Assembly: GCA_009103225.1 (NCBI GenBank)
Contig: RHPI01002888.1
Coordinates: 62,001-126,000, forward strand
Reading direction: 5' to 3'
DNA: 64,000 bases
From: Chlorokybus atmophyticus
Lineage: Eukaryota > Plantae > Mesostigma and Chlorokybus algae
Shown here: positions 61,835 to 64,000 of the stretch, piece by piece
How positions within the stretch are numbered: position 1 is the first letter of the stretch
Layout of the letters: every line of letters begins with the position of its first letter
Position numbers and translations under genes: made by a program
Notes under the pieces: model-generated
Databases searched by the model: none
Seen by the model: the letters and a program-made list of their open reading frames with translations, nothing else
Told to the model about the DNA's origin: nothing

Positions 61835-62800
61835 CACATCTCTTACAACCACACCATGCTGTTCTGGTCCATGGCGCACCCCAACATCTGACAGTGCTTA
61901 CAGTCAGCATGGAACCTGTGATACAGCCTGAACAAAATCCCATGGCGCGTTTGCGCTCACGAGCGTAAGATTCCTCCAGCCGGCCTCTGTTGGATTCAAA
62001 CACCATGCCGTCGCCTTCGTCGCGGAAGGCATATGAACCTGGAATAGACACCAGAGTTGGGAGCGCATGGCGCGGGTGGCCGCGCTGATTGCACTGGTTG
62101 AAGTGCTGGTGATCGTGTCGCGTGATCGGGTGTGGCGTGCGCTCAAGGTCCAGGATATCGGTGACGGTGAGATTGCGTGGAAAACCGCTATGCAGATGCT
62201 CAGCAGCAAAGAGATCCTCCACTGTGGCTAGGTTGGTCCACTTGGCGCGGACGCGATGAGCACGGAATCCATGACGCGCTGCATTGATTGATTTGAGAGG
62301 ATGCCCCAGCAAGAAACACACCTGTCAAAGGCTGTTGGCCACGTGATGACGCTTATCGTCCTCGGAGTGCACTTTCTCAATGATGTACCCCAGAGGCCTG
62401 AAAAGCCGGTTGCTCTGCGGGAGTTTGATGACGCGCATCAGCTCCGAGAACAGTTGCAAGCGAGGATCAAAGAGTCCTTGGCCTCTGCCTGCTCACAAGT
62501 GTCCTTGACACTCCCATCCTGTTATCAGCAAGTCAATGTTGCCCACAGCCAGGTCGAGATCCGCAGTGATTACGCGGATGTCCTATGGCAGCGCCTTCAG
62601 ACTGCCTTGCAGTGCTAGTAGTGGCAGCTGCTGCGGGTAGCACTCGTGTAGGCGGCACAAACGGTGGTTTAGGGCGATCTGTGCGTGTGGAACAGGGTCA
62701 CAGTAAAGGTACCTGGTGACCGTCGCGCCGGTGTTAAGGACAGCGGCGAGGCCACTATCTATACCTTCAAACAGTTCCAACACGGTGATGCCTTGTTGTC
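61835..62800 (-). pseudogene. DNMT3-like C5 cytosine methyltransferase domain within the gypsy pol
   Basis: Motif I GITVLELFEGIDSGL; motif II RYLYCD; motif IV IDLLITGWECQGH..AGRGQGLFDPR; motif VI YIIEKV; motif VIII AHRVRAKWTNL; motif IX ERKRAMGF; motif X QMLGCAMD (frameshifted). Three in-frame stops before motif IX. Confidence 0.88.
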
Positions 62801-63189
62801 GGCGAAACGCGTGACTCTACTACTCAAGTGGCCACCTGGTATTGCTCTTGAACTGCAGCTTGGTCTTTGTAGAGAGGGAACCATGCAGTGAGCCGTGCTC
62901 TAATAATTAATAAATGTGCGAACACTTGTGCGCGCCAATGGCGCTCAGATGGTTTCTGTTCGGCCACTTCTTCAGTGGCATCCTCTTGGACCTCATCGTA
63001 TGGGGTAGGAGAGTATTGGTCAGAATTGTGGGTGATTACCGTTACTGACCTGTCAGTGGTTGTCGAAGCCGACCGGTAGGTGGCTATTATAGCTGACCTT
63101 GAATGAGAGCGAGTGCGAGCCACCAGCTCGAGAGGCAGGTATCCTTGAACCTCTCCATCTTCCTCATCCCAATGGGGACGAAACCATGC

Positions 63190-63520
63190 CTGCTCTGTCT
63201 AGCAATCCAGCCCCATGCCAACAGAAAAATTGAAGTCCTCTCCCAGCAGCAGGTCCAAGGATTCCGCGTCAGTGACCACACATTTCTGTATGCCTTTAGT
63301 GATGTGGGAAGGGTCTAACCCTGGGCGAATGCAGAGGGCCTGCCTGGTGATGCCAATCCTTGTCGCGGTTGATGGTTGCTGTGTCGAAAACGTATGGGCA
63401 GGGCATCAGCTCAGCGCTGGTGATGCCAAAGTCGCGTGCGAGGTAGCGCCCAATAACAGGCTGGCTCCAGAGTCTAGCATCACGCGCTTGGGTGCCCACC
63501 CGTCGATGGTAACATGCTTG
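63190..63520 (-). pseudogene. Gypsy aspartic protease
   Basis: VTIDGWAPKRVMLDSGA and downstream DLLLGEDF. Confidence 0.8.
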
Positions 63521-64000
63521 CTTTTTTCGGCGATAATGGCTGCGTTGGCGTAGATGCGCATCCGCTTGAACCGTCGGTGGCGTCTGCATGGGGTGACTGC
63601 TGCTGCGTGAGTTCTCCGGTGGTGTCGAGCGGAGTGCGGCAAGCGCCCCTCGATCGGCTGAGTCTTGCGAACCTCCTTATCGGCGGCCTGACCTGAACCA
63701 TCATGGTCTTGGCTGTTGGTATACTCGCTGCGGCCTGGGTGCTAGCGGTGCTACCTGTGGCTGCCTTGATTGTGGCGTAGGGAGATTGCGCCTCTGTATG
63801 GCCGAGATCATACCTGGCGGTGTGGCCATTGGCTGTCGGGGAAGCCCTTGGGGAACCGGGTGTTTGTGGGCCCGCCTCCCGTGCAGCCTGTTTTGCCACA
63901 TAAGTCTTGTGTACACAATGAGCCGCCTCCCTGACCAGTGTACCTTCCCATGTGGCTGTTGGATTGCTGATCTCGTCACTCCAGCGATGGTTTTGAGGCA

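Larger units (their letters stand above)
52657..64000 (-). mobile_element. Decayed Ty3/gypsy LTR retrotransposon encoding a C5-DNA methyltransferase and a PHD finger (5' end beyond window)
   Basis: Minus-strand order: gag-like low-complexity region, protease (VMLDSGA..LLGEDF), DNMT, RT (CGDYRPLN, MDMRQGY, MPCGLKNA, YIDDILIFS), RNase H (FLGLANYYRRF, YASRS..AEANY..EGECLAAVWA), integrase, PHD, PPT AGGGGGGGTGGTT (53172-53184), then 3' LTR starting TGTTGAC at 53171. The left LTR boundary is approximate. Many stops and frameshifts. Confidence 0.9.

Noticed and set aside
1-64000. rRNA, tRNA or other structured RNA genes
   Set aside because: None recognisable by eye; a tRNAscan/Infernal run would be needed to exclude them.
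1-64000. Naming the species
   Set aside because: Gene content suggests an early streptophyte alga, but the sequence alone cannot fix the species without a search.

Overview
Intron-rich eukaryotic nuclear DNA from a plastid-bearing, flagellate-capable green-lineage organism. An early-diverging streptophyte alga is the best guess; this is inferred from gene content only. Positions 1-48.2 kb hold nine host genes whose exons I chained manually by splice phase: (1) a nitric oxide synthase with an N-terminal MGQCASK acylation motif and C-terminal ankyrin repeats plus a globin (216-9919, +), (2) plastid pullulanase with an N-terminal CBM41-like module, (3) DNAAF3/PF22, (4) a BTB-BACK-MATH protein, (5) PP2A scaffold subunit A, (6) CDC48B/AFG2B, (7) a plastid NAD(P)-binding SDR-like protein, (8) acetyl-CoA synthetase, and (9) a triple-PAS protein with no visible output domain. 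Positions 49-64 kb are a nest of transposons. The largest is a decayed minus-strand Ty3/gypsy element whose pol reads protease - DNMT3-like C5 cytosine methyltransferase - RT - RNase H - integrase - PHD finger. It is interrupted by a full-length Ty1/copia element (both LTRs, 5-bp CACCT target-site duplication). The two most striking systems are the NOS-ankyrin-globin fusion and the methyltransferase+PHD retrotransposon. As I recall, related architectures were reported for Klebsormidium nitens, so they may be new instances rather than wholly new. Coordinates of first and last exons are manual estimates, and no database search was run.
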